DNA of 64,000 bases from Euprymna scolopes (taxonomy: Eukaryota): the NCBI GenBank assembly GCA_053919585.1, contig CM132787.1, one strand, 5' to 3'. The position numbers and the translations under genes are program-made. This document shows positions 63,580-64,000 of this stretch, piece after piece (the first letter of the stretch is position 1; each line of letters begins with the position of its first letter). The notes under the pieces were generated by a model. That model was given only the letters and a program-made list of their open reading frames with translations, had not been told where the DNA came from and made no database searches.

Positions 63580-64000
63580 GGGGTTACTATACACAGATTC
63601 GAAAAAGTCGTCCAAAAACAAATAAATGAAAGCAAAGGTAAGGTAATTTACGTTTCTACCTAATTGGATAATTGTTTAGTGTTTTTATGTAATGTAAAAT
63701 GTTTAATTGGCTCAAAAAACAGAAATGGTCGCGAATTCTGTTGAATACGTTAAGTTTGGGAAAGTAAGTTGAAAACTAAAAACTATACAAAACAGTGTCT
63801 GAAACTCACCGAACATATGTTACCATGACATAGGCTGGCATAATGGATAGGTTTCTGACAGTATTTTGTATAGTTTTTTTTAGTTTTAACTCACTTTCTC
63901 TAACTTAAAGTAATCAACAGTGTCCACCACCATTTGTAGCTTTCAAATACACCAATAAACGCTGTTTTTCGAGCCGACTAAACGTTACATTAAATTCAAA
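63580..64000. mobile_element. Foldback MITE-like element, probably continuing past the window end
   Basis: Inverted arms around ~63825: GTTGAAAACTAAAAACTATACAAAA / TTTTGTATAGTTTTTTTTAGTTTTAAC and GGCTCAAAAAACAG / CTGTTTTTCGAGCC. The left end resembles the terminus of the 36951 MITE. Confidence 0.65.

Noticed and set aside
1-64000. Conserved miRNA seeds (for example TGAGATCA at 52903, TGGCAGTG at 54748 and TGACTAGA at 8965) and the similar lengths of many (TA)n tracts
   Set aside because: The seed matches do not extend to full mature sequences or hairpins. Uniform (TA)n lengths of about 50-70 bp may simply reflect short-read assembly limits.

Overview
AT-rich eukaryotic DNA, most consistent with an invertebrate animal, from a draft assembly with five N-gaps. 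It has many (TA)n, (CA)n and (TAA)n microsatellites. I could not recognise any host protein-coding exon, rRNA, tRNA or CRISPR array, so the window reads as intergenic or intronic DNA filled with transposable elements. One element looks intact: an IS630/Tc1/mariner-superfamily transposon (61428-63041) with a 377-aa DD35E transposase, TA target-site duplication and termini made of ~21-bp tandem repeats. The decayed elements are a Naiad-type Penelope-like retroelement (CxC linker, C-terminal RT), a near full-length APE-RT CR1-group LINE plus 3' fragments, R4/Dong-like fragments at (TAA)n, a Merlin element with ~100-bp TIRs and an 8-bp TSD, two Tc1-like remnants, an intron-containing hAT-like transposase, non-autonomous Helitrons, MITEs and LTR-like repeats. 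The most unusual structures are a ~310-bp patchwork of four self-templated fragments inside the hAT-like gene, a conserved A-B Helitron dimer present twice, degenerate hammerhead-like cores and a two-module satellite. Family assignments rest on motif recognition by eye; no database searches were run.
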